From positions 35,280,001 to 35,344,000 of the forward strand of contig NC_087437.1 of the NCBI RefSeq assembly GCF_036321535.1: a DNA stretch of 64,000 nucleotides. Direction: 5' to 3'. The stretch's first letter is position 1; each line of letters begins with the position of its first letter. Origin of the DNA: Camelus dromedarius. Lineage: Eukaryota. The translations under genes and the position numbers were made by a program. The notes beneath the pieces are model-generated. The model did not search any database. It was not told where the DNA came from and saw nothing but the letters and a program-made list of their open reading frames with translations. This document shows, in pieces, positions 38,901-52,118 of the stretch.

Positions 38901-40685
38901 AGAGGAGAGTTTCCAGCACTTGCTCTCTGACCTTGATGAATACATTCAGTCCAGCTCATGGTCACTACCTGCCCTGCTCTCACTATCTGTCTATGGGGAA
39001 CGGGGTACTCTGGTCATCTTTTTCCATGGGGAGAATTTAGAATACCCAGTAAGAGAAAGGATGAACACCAGACCTCAGAAGAACTTGGTATCCTATTCAG
39101 CAGTTTGCTTTTTCAGCTGCGCCAGTCAGAAGGGGAAGGATTTTTAAAGGTCTAAATGGCTATTGTTGTCTTTTGTGCTGGGGACCATGCTGAGAAACAT
39201 GCCCACTCCCGGCTGTGTTTGGCTGTCTGTAGAAGTGATGGGCCCCCACCCCCACCCCAAGCCCTGAGCGGGGCAGTGTAGGGCAGCTGTTGGGCTCAGA
39301 GCTTGGCCACAGCCCGGCTGCATCTGCCTTCTGCCTCATGTAGGAAACACAGTTGGCCAGCTGCTTTGGCTCAGAAAGAGCCTCTCTCCCCTTCCTGCTG
39401 ATGGATGCTTCTAGGTTCCTCTACCCTGTGTTCCTGGGGTTGTGCCAGCTCCTCCAAGCACCTCTTCTGCCGTCCCCACCCTCAACAGCTCCACTCACCT
39501 GCCTGGCCCCTCCCCTACCAGTACCTCCCTGCTGGCCCCATTGTCCACACTTGACAGATCCAGCCCAGCTGAGGGTTAGGGAACTTTGTATCTAGCCTGG
39601 CTGCATTCCAGAAAGGACAGGACAATTCCCAGAGAGGGACACCACCACTATGGGGACCTCCTGCACAGTCTCCGTCACCTCCCAAATGCCGGCTTGACAA
39701 CATGTGGGGAAACTGCCACAGTAGTGACATCACCCCAATCTCTGAGGGGCCATCGCCATGCTCAGAACTGTGGGGCCCTGATGGCATTTCAACAGGGAAT
39801 GAGAAATGAGCTGGACACTTGCACCAGGCCTCCCTCAGGGTACTGAATGCTCTGGAAAAAGCCCCAGATTTTCAGGAAGCTGTGGTTTCCCCTCTCACCC
39901 CACCTTCTGCCCTTACAAAAAGGAACATTTGGGAAAGCTGATGGCAGCAGCTTTCCTTGCCGGCCAGATCCCTGGCAGAGGCCTGTGCTGGCTGGAGCTG
40001 TGTGTGTGTGCGCGCGCGCATGGCTTCAGGACCAGCTGAGCAGGTTTATGCAGCAGCCCAGGTGCCTGGCTGTGGCTGCAGTCACAGGATACACAGGTCT
40101 CATCAGCAAGACCTCCACCTCCTGCCATCAATTCCCAAGAACATTGCCCTCTGGGACTTGGCCAAGGTCCCCTGTGGTGGGCCAGGTTGTGCCAGAGTGG
40201 TTGTGATTGCCCTGGCACCCAGCTGATGTGTTAGAAAGCCAGAAAATCACCTCAATGTCCTTAAGACAGCCAGGCCACCAGTCATGTGAGCTGTGCTCAT
40301 CAAGGGAACACAGAATTGTCAGCAGATTCTTTCCTGAGCTGTCATCATTGGAAATTTATGTTGGTCCTCCCTTGCTTGTCTCGCTGGCGACGGATACAGG
40401 CCCTTGACTTCTCCTCACTTTGCAGATGAGCTGGTTTGAAGGCTGGATGAAAATTGGAGGGGTTATCAGATGGCAGCAGGGGCTGTGGCAGGATGCCCAG
40501 ACCTGGGATCTCACTTCACTTTCCTTTCCCTTTCTTTCTCTTTCTCTCTTCTTCTGCCTCTTCTCTCTGGCTTTCCCAGTTGTTTTTATTTGTGTGATTC
40601 CCCTTGATCAAATTGGTCTCTAAAACACTTTTTTTGCTAGAAGCATGTGGCTTCAATGTGGAGGAAAGCATAAATATTGGCAAGG

Positions 40686-40895
40686 CTAGTGCTGCCCATT
40701 AGAACTTTCTGCTGCGAAGCAGATGTCCTCCCGATGCTCTGTCCAGTTCAGTGGCCACCAGCCCCATGTGGCAATGGAGCATTTGAAATATGGCTAACAT
40801 GTCTAAGGAACTGAGTTTTACATTTTATTTAATTTTTATTCATCTAAATTTAAATTCAAATAGCCATTTGTGACTATTGACTACTGTGTCGGAAG
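40686..40895. mobile_element. hAT-Charlie MITE, MER3-like
   Basis: ctagtgctgcccattagaactttctgc...gagcatttgaaatatggcta...aaatttaaattcaaatagcca. Confidence 0.75.
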
Positions 40896-42045
40896 GTCTC
40901 AATTTACAGACCAACCCATCCACTAGAGAAACGGGAAAATGGGACCCAGAGAGGTTACCAGAACTTGCCCAAGAGCATATAGTGAGTAGCTGGCTCAAGC
41001 CATCCAGAAGATGAGTCGGCAACTTTTGACAAAATAGTTAATTGTTTGCTATCTCAGCATAATGTTTTTAAACTCTTCATACTTTAAAAGAAGTAGGCTA
41101 CTACTAAAATACCATTATGTGTCATGCCAGGTCAATCCTTTGCACGATGCCTTTATGAAAGGAAAGGTGCAGCAAGGGGGAAATTGGGCTGGGAAAGCCT
41201 GGCCTGTTATTTCACAGAAGGCCCTAGAGTGGCGCTGTTGTATAACTTCTGAGGCTGGCAGCCTCCAAAATCAAAAAACCCAAAGCAATGAAAAATCCAC
41301 CTTGTTCTTCCTATTCCTGCTCTGTCCACCCCAAACCGTTTATTCTTTTATGGTCAGATCTTTGAATATTTTACTTCCCAGTAGAAAGAGAAATAAATTC
41401 TGTGAGCCTACAAAAATAGAATTCTATGTGTAGGGGAGAAAACTCTGAAGTTTGGTTCTTGTTTTTAAAATGCATGGAGAATAATCTGTGGACTAACTCC
41501 TAAAGGAAGTTTAAACATATATGTATCAGTTTTTTTCAATGGATAAGGTTAAGGTGGTATCAAGCTGTAAATCACCAATACTCTGAGGTCTTGTCCTTGG
41601 AGGACACATTAAATGACATCTCAGATCACCGAAATTTTGAGTCTTGATCAGAGTATCATTTCTGGGAAAGGGAGGGGCAACACGTATTTGCACATGGGAG
41701 CAGGATAAACACATTTCACAGCTAATGTGCAAGGTTTCAGTCTGAGGTTTCTAAGCCCTGACTAAAGGGCATGTTAATAATTTTCTGTGTAAGGCACCTA
41801 GTGCTTTAGCATCCCAGTTCCCCAGATTCAGTGCCTCCCATCGTATTAATGTCGCTCTCTCTCCTGGAGAGAACACTTCATGTAGACATTCAGTAATGCC
41901 GTGTGCCTTGTAATTCCCTTAAAAGTTAATGAACGTGTTAGAATTAATTTTAATAAATGTTGATTAATTGTAGTTTGACTTGTGTTTTGAAGAACGAAGG
42001 CATCCCGTCGTATTTGGCAGCTTTTTCACAATCACTTTGCAGATG

Positions 42046-42064
42046 CGCCCAGCAGGGGGCAGTG
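42046..42064 (+). promoter_or_regulatory. CTCF core motif
   Basis: CGCCCAGCAGGGGGCAGTG closely matches the CCASYAGRKGGCRS consensus, in a locally CpG-retaining patch. Confidence 0.6.
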
Positions 42065-42962
42065 TGGCTCTGCAGAGGCCGCGCAGCGAGGCTGGTGCAG
42101 AACTAGAGAAGTTCCACCAGATTATGGATCCAGCTCCCTGGGGAGAGCTGCCCCACAAAAACGAGGGCCTGGACCGAGACGGAACGCAGGGCCCCGGGAA
42201 AAATCCAAAAGAATCCCTGAGACTGCCAGGGATTTGAAATGTAGGAATCGGTTGAGCTTTCTGTAACTTTATTCAGTCACATTTTCTTGAGGTTCTGACA
42301 GGTTTGGAACCACATCTATGAACAGCATGGATGCTGCTTTCAAAAAATTTCAAATAATAGTTTGCTGTTTGTGTATGTAAGGGTGTGTGTGTGGTTGTGT
42401 AAATATGTAGGCGAGTATGTAGAGGTATGTGTGTGGTGTGTGTATGTATGTAGGTGTACTCTGTAGGGGTGTGTGTGTGGTGTGTGTGTGAGCGGTGGGG
42501 AGAATGGGGGCAGGAAAGATGTGTACATCATACTGTAACATACCGTGTATAGACAAATGCATTATAAAAACCACAGCAGGCCAATAACTGCGAGTCCCAG
42601 GGTAGACAACTCTTGTTACTGCTGCACAGAGAGGGAGCATAACTGACCGCTGCTTTTGTCTGGAGAATGAAGAGACAGAAGTAATGACCTTCCCAGGTCA
42701 CTTTCAGCTCTAACATTCTAGAAGTTTGTGAATGTTTTCATATTCTCTGGCACTTTTTACTCCTTCAAAGTTTACAAAATAGACTATTGTCCTTCAAATC
42801 CTACTGGGATGAGAGATGTCACGGGGCTAGGTTACTCTCAATGTCATGTCTTGTTTGGCATTTGGATGCTATTTAACAGGACTGCTGTCCAAATGCCATG
42901 CGATGGTAACCAAGGCAATTAGGGAGATTGATTTGGCACGCACAATTTCATTCTTCGTACAG

Positions 42963-42992
42963 TGAGAGGTGAGGAGCCCATCAGGGTCCAAG
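42963..42992 (+). other. Candidate 30-nt microexon of an unidentified host transcript
   Basis: ttcattcttcgtacAG acceptor and CAAG/GTAAGC donor; only phase 1 is open (xRGEEPIRVQx). Confidence 0.3.
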
Positions 42993-45900
42993 GTAAGCAA
43001 ATTTCATTTTGCCCAAATTAGGACATTAATTTTCCAAGTTGTTTTGGTCTTGTTATATTTAACCTAAATCTTATTATTTTTTAAGGATATGAGCCCCAAA
43101 AAGAGGATTTTCAAAATTATATTAAATTTTGTTGTCCTTTCTAAAGGTCTTTTTGTCCTCTTTACATTAGTTTATGGTCTAAAAAGAGAAAAAGACAATA
43201 ACAACTTTTCAAATTAATTTTATGGTGTTATTTTCTGAGCCTCTTTGTATATGGTGTACTATGTCACATCAATCTGTTTATTAATTTTAGGTTATTTCCT
43301 TTTATTACTATTGGGTTTTTTTGTTTGCTTTCTTTTTATGCCATTTGAAGGCATTAAAATGCCACAGAATAATAACCTTGATCAAAAAAAGCCATGGCTA
43401 AAACAGCTTTGATATTTTCTGGATATTGATTTGCTAATTGGATTAGAGTCTGCCTTTGACAGAATTCCAACAAGGTAAAGGGCCAGGCCATGATTCACAG
43501 CTGGCTGGATCTCATCCAGTGATCATGAGTGAAGCTCATTCATTAAACAAACACTGATGAGGGGTCTAGAGTGGGCGTGGCTCCGGGCACTGCTGGCCCC
43601 GCCTATCCCCTGCTTTCTGGATGTCAGTTACATGGTGAGGGGGTAGGAAAGGCAGCATGAGTCTTGGAATCTGTTCATATTGGAGGGGAAGAGCATCTGG
43701 GAATTAGTGAGAAGAAGGGAAATGGCAGGTGACCTGAGAGGCGTGGCTGAGGCTTTCCTCTCTGTGTACATGGGAACTGTACAGGGCTCCCAGGTGACAG
43801 TCCAGACTTTATGGGAAGCTGTCGGACCAGGCTCAGAGACCTAGTGGCTGCCCCAAGAGCCCAGAGCATGAAGGTAGAATTAGCTTTCTCATGGGGATTT
43901 AAGCCTACGATGCTAACAGATAGCTTCTGAAATTGCAGGGGATGCAGAAATACCTTTTGTGAGATTGCAAGAGATATTGGGAGCCTTGTGGATCTTTTGC
44001 TGAAATGTTCACTATAGATATTCCTGCCAAGCTGACCAGGGGATATCTATTTCAAAAAGCATTAATTGGTTGCTATTACTTTCTTTCAATTAAGTCTAAA
44101 CTTTGCGACTTTGCACCTAGAAATAAAAATTATCATCAAACATTTACCATGTATGAAGTGTTTTTAGATGCCTGACTTCATTTAATCCTTGCACCGATAC
44201 TCTGAAGTAGATATTACACTAGTGACATTTTACAGGGGATCAGAGAAGTTTCCTCTCAGAGGCAGGATTTAAACCCACTTTTGTGAAATTCTAAAGTGCA
44301 TGTTGTAGTCAGCTAATGCAGCTGCCCTCCCCGGGACCTCAAATAACAAGGGTGAGAGGTCAGCTGACCCATCCTCTACAGAGTTTACCAAAGTATTGGC
44401 ATTGTTTTCATGACTAGAACCACGGAAGGGAAGTGAGGTGTTACTCAGCGTCTACTTCTGTCTTCCCATTGTTGTAATGTATAAATCTGCTAATTTATGG
44501 GTGACACTATTGCTCAATAGTATAGACTTAAGCTTTTTTAAGAAGCAGCAGCAGCAGCGGCATCGAATCTGGTTATCTTAGCTTTTCTAACTGTTGAACT
44601 AGCTTCCTTGTTCCTCACCTGCAGAAGCGGGTGGCTAGAGCACTGGCATTTAGCCTCTTGGTGAAGACAAAGGGGGAACTCTGGGTGAGGCCCCCACTGT
44701 AGCAGAGGCAGGATAAATGGCCACAGGTGGCCTTTGGCTTGACTATGATCTCCCCACATATGCAGTCTTAAAGAAGTGTCTAGGGTTTTAATTCTTTAAT
44801 TTAAAAATGAAAGTTTAAAGGTGAATTGCTTTTCAAAAGAGGAAAAAAAAATCCGTTGTAGACTGAGTCTTGGTGATAGACGGAAACTACTAGAGTTAAC
44901 CCAGGGCCACCTTCATGACTTGAAATAGAAATTAAATAGATCTGGGCTTTTTGTAAGAATTACAGTGAAATAAAAAGAGATTGTGCCCAATGGGGCCTGC
45001 TGACTTCTGTTCATCTAATAACCATGAAAGAATTGAGCAAGAATAGTAAAATTGTGTTCTAACAATGGCTCATTAATTCATACATGGTTTCTAATATTTT
45101 ATCTATCCGATTGTGTCCTTTGACGTACTGCAAATCATCATGACCTTGTGGGTGGCAAATAAAGTTCACTAGTTGCATCTGCTACAAAAGTTCTGTAATG
45201 TGGCTCCACTATACTTTAGGGATGTACAAGATATTTTACGGTTAGTTTTCAAGACCTACCTTGCAAACTTGTACTCTCTTCATGAGCAGGATATATTTCT
45301 GTATTATTGAGGTATATACAATAATAATGAATACCTCAGGGAAGGGAAAATCATGTGAGCAGTATCTTTGCAGTGTCTAAAAATATGTAAATACTCTCTA
45401 GAGCAAAGTTGGTGCTTGGGTATATTGCTGTAAGTAAAGATAGAAATATTTCTCATCTGCACGACAGTTGAATTTTAGTGGCCTTTTTTCCCCACTCAAT
45501 CAATACCTTTGACATTTTTTTTTCTGAAATGAGCCCCCAAATTAATCTTAAACTTGGCAGGTAAAAATTTATATTGGCTCTATCCTGTAACTGAAATCTT
45601 GGACTGGCTTTTCAGGCTGGCCTGAATTTATTCATATTTCCCGAAGTCGGATTGCCAAAATGACACTTCTGATACTCGTATCTTTGTGTCTAAACAAAAT
45701 GGAGACTAGCTTGAAAGTGAAGCTGTAATGACTAGTGGATTCTTTATTATGGTTTCCAATTGTTACATGAAAAAGATAAAAAGAATCTACTCATTGTATT
45801 TCTCCCTTCCTGTATATACCACAAATTTATTAGTTCAAGTACGTACCAGACATTTATGAAGCTCTGAATGAAGTTTTTACAATTTATAAAATGCTTTCAT

Positions 45901-46004
45901 GTACATTATAACCATATTCCAGATGTTCATGAAATAATGGTGAACACCAATGACCCCCAAAAGTGCACGGCTAATCAAATAATTATTTGACTTAGTTTTC
46001 CATT

Positions 46005-46128
46005 TCTTTTTAATTCTTACTGTTTTATTGAAGTGTAGTCGATTTACAATGTTAGTTTCAGGTGCACAGCAAAGCAATTCAGCTATTCGTATACATACAT
46101 ACATATTTTTCAGATTCTTTTCCATTGT
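46005..46128 (-). mobile_element. Very short L1 3'UTR fragment
   Basis: ttgaagtgtagtcgatttacaatgttagtttcaggtgcacagcaaag. Confidence 0.8.
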
Positions 46129-49100
46129 AGTTTTCTATATTTATTTATAGTTTTATTTGCTTCTTATTTATTGCATCATGGCTAATTTTCACATCTGAAC
46201 ACCTGGTGGATCACATATTTGAACATGACTGTGGTAAGTTTTAGGGGCTGACAGTTTAAGGATTGATGTAAAAATGAATAGGATTTCCTCGAGAAGAGGG
46301 TTAGAATTTTGCCTGAGGGGAAATTGGTATTTTCTCAGTCTGTGATTGCACTGGTGAAGCTTAGAAAGTAATTCGAGATTCGTAATTCTAGGCTCCTGAA
46401 TATATTTCTGTATAATTCCTGCTTTAAGGAATGAGACACCTTTTGTGTGTCCAGATGACTTGTTCAGATGGTGCACTGATGTGCTGTGCACTGGGTAGCT
46501 GTGGAAGGTGCCCTGTGGACAAGGGCCAAGACAGAGACCCCAAAAACAAGGCCAGAGACTTAGTGGTGAGGCTGGTTGGCAGACTCTGCAGTATTCCAGA
46601 ATAGTACTTTTTATTTCCCTGAAGAATTTGCATTTTTACATCTAAAATTAAGAACCGGAGAAAATATGACGTCAAACTTTTTTCCCCCTGAAACTATGAA
46701 GGGAGTATCTCCTAAGTATGAAAATCATAATAAGGCCTACTTTCTCAACAGATAGCAATCCAGTGAGTAAAAGAACTTTAATTGCTGGTAACCCTGACAC
46801 TTCGGCTTTACTATACTAAATGTTCCGATAGGGCTATTTCTTTCTTTCTAATGGATAAAGAAATGCGTTTGTATGTGTTGTTTCCTTGAGTTCATAAACA
46901 AACCATACAAAATGTAACAGTCTTCAAAGTGTACTTTGGATTCTGAAGGAATGTCAAATTTATTTTTCAAAGCTGGCAGTGTGCCTATGGCCACACTGAG
47001 TACCAGTGGAAGAAGGAGGTGTTTCAATGCCATGGGGTCATCTCTGACAACTGTAAATGTATGAAAGAAAAACAAATTTGGTGTATTTTTTCCCATGGGA
47101 GGGGAGAGGAATGAGTGGCTGAGAACTTCTGTGAGTCTCCAGAGCCACGGCACAACAAGACCTCCCCCCTGGAGAGACGATGATGGTTTAATGGGAGTGA
47201 CTAAGCATCGCATGATGCTACATGAATAAAAACTGTTTGAAGTTATCTCCTCTAGGATAAGTATGAGAGCAAATCTAGTGTTTCCGTAAGAAATGCTTTT
47301 ATGTGTTTCTGTCTTCCTAAAATTTATGACAAGGTGTAGGATAAAAAGGATGTCTGCGGGCAGACACACGGAGACACAGGGAGAAGCTACTACAACACAG
47401 GTGATAACAGAAACAAAATAGCTCCGTCTTATCAAACACAGAAAAGTGTCCCCCCTGTACAATAAAGCCATCTCAAAAAATTTCTGTCACATTAAAGCAA
47501 CCATAACTATTACTTGTGATATTATTTTATCATAGAAACAGATTTCTAGTGGAAAACAATTTAGTTTTTTTGCTCCATCCATTTGGTGTCCAATAAATTT
47601 CATCCATAGTTCTTAGATACAGTTTTGATTCAGAAGTGGTACTAAATCTTGAAATTTAATTTTGACCTGAGCTAAGTCACGTTTTCTCAACAGAAGATTC
47701 TGGGGGAAGTGTAATGAATGAAAACCAATCAATAAAAAGAGGATGTAGATTAATCAGATCTGGAGAAGCAGTATAGGAAGTATTCAGAATGGTAGTAACC
47801 CACAGATGGCAGGAAAATTAAAACTGGAAATACAATGCCAGAAAGAATATAAGAGAGAGAGCCTTGTGACTTCATCTACATAGAGAATTTTAATTTAAAA
47901 TGAAAAATTGGGAGGGGGTGTATTTTTGTGGCAGTGTGGAATACAAAGGATGTTTTTGGTTTTTGATGTGTGTGGGAGATACAATAATAGATGTCCGTGT
48001 GAACAAAAAATAAATGAAAACAGAAGTCTGTTTTCCCTGTACAAGCTGGACATGTTTTCCCTAGGCCTTTTGTAGTGGACACTCTGAAATTCCAAATCAT
48101 CTTGCCTGTGAAGCTTTAACTTACTCTTCTTCTGCTTATGATTCACTTAAAAAGGTTGGCTGACCTTCTGGACCTGTAGAGAGTAGCAAATATGGTTTGG
48201 ATATTACATTTCATTTCTTAAAAGTTCTATGCATCTCATTAGACTTACCTGTGATTAAACTTGATGAAATATGTGCTATGTTTATGCAACTTCAATGGAG
48301 AAAAATATTTGTGGGCTTGCTTTAAATTAAGTGAAGTAATGGAAAGCATGAATGGGACATTAATAAGGTCATTAGCATTTCTGGGAATAATGCATTTTCA
48401 GTCGATACTGGGATGATTATGGTTGGATTTATCCATGAGGTAAAAGAAGACAGGGAGTTTATAACTGGCCTTAATTAAAAAGTTTAAAAGAGAAAGAAAA
48501 TACAGCAATGATCTATGTTGATAGTAAATTTATGGCAGAAATGAAATTATTTGGAGCAACGATGTGGTTATGAGAGACTGGAGTTTAACTTTTTCTATCG
48601 TATTTTGTTCTTGAGTTAATTAGTTATAAAAAGCCAGGTGCAAGTGCTTACACTTCAGACTTTGGACAGTGTATTGGACTTAAAAAATAACAAATTATTA
48701 TCAGTGTTTTATTTGGTTCTGTAGCAAAAACAAACTTTAAAATGATAGTGTGTTTAGAAGTGTTTTTGGTAACCCTATCTTTTTAGGCTTCAATTCCTAG
48801 AGTTTTGGAGATGTAACTCTGATCTAGAAAGATGTTATTATTTTTCTTTAAGAAAAATGTTATTTGTTAAACTTGATGGATTTATGGTAAAACTTATAAA
48901 GAGATGAGGTTTGTAAGCACATGGTCTGTATAATACCTCAAATTACACTTAATTCTGGAAGAAATACTGGGCTTTTTTTTTTATTTTTAGAAGAATATAA
49001 CAAATTTAATTAAGATTCTTGTGAAATCTTAGCCCCTTATAGAAAAAGAGATTAAGAAACTCCAATTACATAAAAGGTTATTTGAGTAAGCTTCGTAGAA

Positions 49101-49789
49101 GTAATTCTAATAGAATGGACCAGGGCTGATGGAGTTGGCAGATAATCTGGCCCCTCCCCTAAAAGTCAGCCTGAATCACTAACATTCATGATTTCATTGT
49201 GTCCAGAAGTTCTTTGGGTGGATACCACGAAGAGGAGGAGTAATTAACCATTGACATGCAGTAGGAAAGTTAGAAGAAAGGGAGCCGGGGGCATCTGAAT
49301 AAGCTGCAGTACGGTTTCAAGGAAACAGACACCCAGACACCGTGTTAATGCAACACCAGCTAACGATGACCTAATTTCAACGTGTGCAGGTTTAACCTGG
49401 GGTTTTAAATTTCCTAGCAAAAAGAAAGACATAAACAGCAGCTAGCAGTCCTCCATTGACTGGTCTAGAGGTAACACCCCATGAGAACAGCGGCCATGCC
49501 ATTGACTGCTACATTTACAGCAAGTGGCACAGAGTTGTGTTCAGTAAATGCTGAATGAAGGAGAGAAATACCGGATATATGAAGCACCAAGCATGTTCAA
49601 CAAATCGACTTTGCTGAGTGCATTCTGGGAAAAATAGAGCTAAAATTAGTGATTTGGGATTTCAGTCCTACTGGTAGTAAAATCATGCTTAAAAAAAAAA
49701 ATACTAAAATCAACCAGCCAACCAAACAAACAAACCCCAAACCAACTCACTGCTGTAGTAATTCTGGGCCAGACCCCAATTAAGCCTTT

Positions 49790-50062
49790 AGAGTTGCCCT
49801 ACTCCAAGTGGGGTCTGTAGAGCCACTCTGGTGTGCCATGAGGTGAGTGTTTGGAAATCTTTACAGCAGTTTGAGCAATTTTGTGTAGCTTGAATCTAAC
49901 AATGAAAAAAGTTTGGGCTTATATTTTATATATCTCAATTTTTAATGATTTTTTACAGTAATTAATTTTTATTGAAATTCGAAGCTTCATCAGTCCGTGA
50001 TGGATTAGGGGAAAAAACACAACAAAACTGTTCTTCCATCACTGGTCACTAGAGAAACAGTG
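49790..50062. mobile_element. hAT-Charlie-type DNA transposon fragment
   Basis: ctactccaagtggggtctgtag...cagtccgtgatggattagg...gagaaacagtg. Confidence 0.5.
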
Positions 50063-50669
50063 CTTGAGAGGACTCAAGCTCTGAACACAGGATGCTATTT
50101 CCCCATACTAAATGCAATTAAAAAAATCCTAAACTTTAAATATTTTTTGAAATGGTACAAAACTTAAATTCTTCCTAGATGTCCTGCTCTTTCTGACCCT
50201 CTGGTCCCCAAGGACATGCTCCTTTTGGTTAATCTAGCCCTGCAAGGAGATCCCTGCATATCTAGGAACAGACCGCTAGTGACTTTCAAGTTTCTGACTG
50301 GCTGTAGTATCTTGGTTAACCACTGGAGCAGCTCAGGAACAATCTAACCCACATGAGTGTCCGTTCTCTCGATAACCAGGAGGTATGTTCTCTTTCTGTA
50401 GGGGTCCTGACTTCAGGGCATATTGGGGTGAGTTCTTGGTAATGAATCCCTATTCCTAACCAGGTGAAGACTAGTGACTGTAACATAAGGAGCGAGCAGA
50501 CAAGTGCAAGAAAATATAATTTAACATGCAATTATTGGCTTTTTTGTAATTTTCTGATCAGGACTGAATAGTCTGGGCTGGAGAGATTCTTTGGATTGCT
50601 CTGTCAGATGGGATAAATCTTTCTGCTTGCAAAATGAACAGTGGACTTAAATGAACATCAGCAGTTTCA

Positions 50670-50774
50670 GAGCCAGTGCAACCCATTCCACACTCCTGAC
50701 TCTGTTAGAGCTCCCATTGATTTTAATGATGATGTTCAAAGATTCAGTCTGTCACACCTAGATGAGAACTGGCC
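50670..50774. mobile_element. Ancient palindromic MITE candidate (PIF/Harbinger Chompy-like)
   Basis: Ends GAGCCAGT...ACTGGCC with CCCATTGATTTTAATG at the midpoint; degenerate arms. Confidence 0.45.
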
Positions 50775-51704
50775 TCATAAAATGCCCTGAAGCTGATGGG
50801 TTTTATTGGTAGGTGTGGTAACACCAATCACTGTGGTGGAAAATAATTGTCATTGGCTTAACTCTTGCTGTTTGTGATGAACAGTCTCTTCTGAAATAAG
50901 ATGGTGAGGGGTAGTCTGCCCAGTAATTCTGAAAACTCATAGAAGGCTAGCTGGCTAGAGAACAAAAGTAAGTTTGAGTTCTTTATTCTCCCTTTCCCTT
51001 CCAAAATCAGTAAACCATAGAGTTGTATTTGAGTATTCAAGGATAGTCTAACAATGAAATACAGCATTTTAAGCTCACTATGTAATTTGCTCGCACTACC
51101 TCTAGGGATGGGGTTTGGAGCACTTTCTTCACTGCAGTGTGGGAGATCCGTGATGGCTCCAATTCCTTTGGGAGCTGTGCTATTTCCTCCACTGGTGTCT
51201 CGCTGTCCTCATTTGTAAAACAAGGTCATTGAACTTAAACACTCTAAGGTCTCTGATAGTTTTCATCTTATGAAAACCCTTTTAGAATTATTATTGAGTT
51301 TTATTATTTTGAATTATTACTAGATAACAATGTGCTAGGTGCTGTGGAGAATATTCAAGAGACGAGCAGGACATTCTGATGCTTACATACTTAGGTGCCA
51401 TTTTAGTAGGTATTTCAAGATAATAATGCAGCAGGTGTGCTTTGATTTTTGAACAAGATCATAGACATCTCAGAGACTCCTGAGGCTTTAACTGTGCTCA
51501 AGTGTCACAGAATTTCTGAGCGTCTGGGATGAGGCAAAGGATGGATTAATAGCAGTTGCTAAAAGTGAATGGTTAAAAATCAAATGCTTTCCTAAAAAAC
51601 ATTTATAGGCAGTTCCCTCCCAACCCCATTTAAAAATGAAATGATGGGATGTGTAAGATTATTAGTAACTAAAGGAATCATGTGGTAGGAATCTTCTAGA
51701 CAGT

Positions 51705-52118
51705 TCTATCAGTTAGGCTAGGCTAGATTTACTGAGATCACAGACAACCCCTGAATTTTAGAGGCTTCACAAATGACTTTTTACTTGGGATGCAGTCCTC
51801 TGCAGGTCTGGGAGGGTCTTTGAGGTATCTGTACTTTAGGCCGCAACTCAGCCAATCTGCCATGTTATAGAAGCACTGTCTTGAAGATCTGACTTCCTTA
51901 GATAATGGGGCCAGGGGAGAGAAATCAGGCAGAGTTCTGCACCTGCTCTTGAATGCTTCTATCTAGAACTGACAGAAGTCATTCCTACTCAATTTTATTG
52001 GTCAAAACAAGGCATCTGGCTACAGCTACCTTCAAGAAGGTGGAGAAGTGTAATCCTCCCCTGTACCTGGAAGGAGGGGAGAATTGGAAATATTGGTGAG
52101 CAGTAGCAATATTTACCA
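51705..52118. mobile_element. MaLR solo LTR (MLT1 family)
   Basis: tatcagttaggctaggctag...ttttattggtcaaaacaaggcatctggc...aaatattggtgagcagtagcaat. Confidence 0.6.

Noticed and set aside
41980..42237. 85-aa ORF after a possible acceptor
   Set aside because: No recognisable homology or good donor; GC/CpG content is explained by the CTCF patch.
46848..47471. 207-aa minus-strand ORF in non-repeat DNA
   Set aside because: No recognisable domain, and composition is typical of a random T-rich strand. A homology search would be needed to rescue it.
48125..48173. Minus-strand 49-nt segment with good AG and GTAAGT signals
   Set aside because: Stops in all three frames and no other support.
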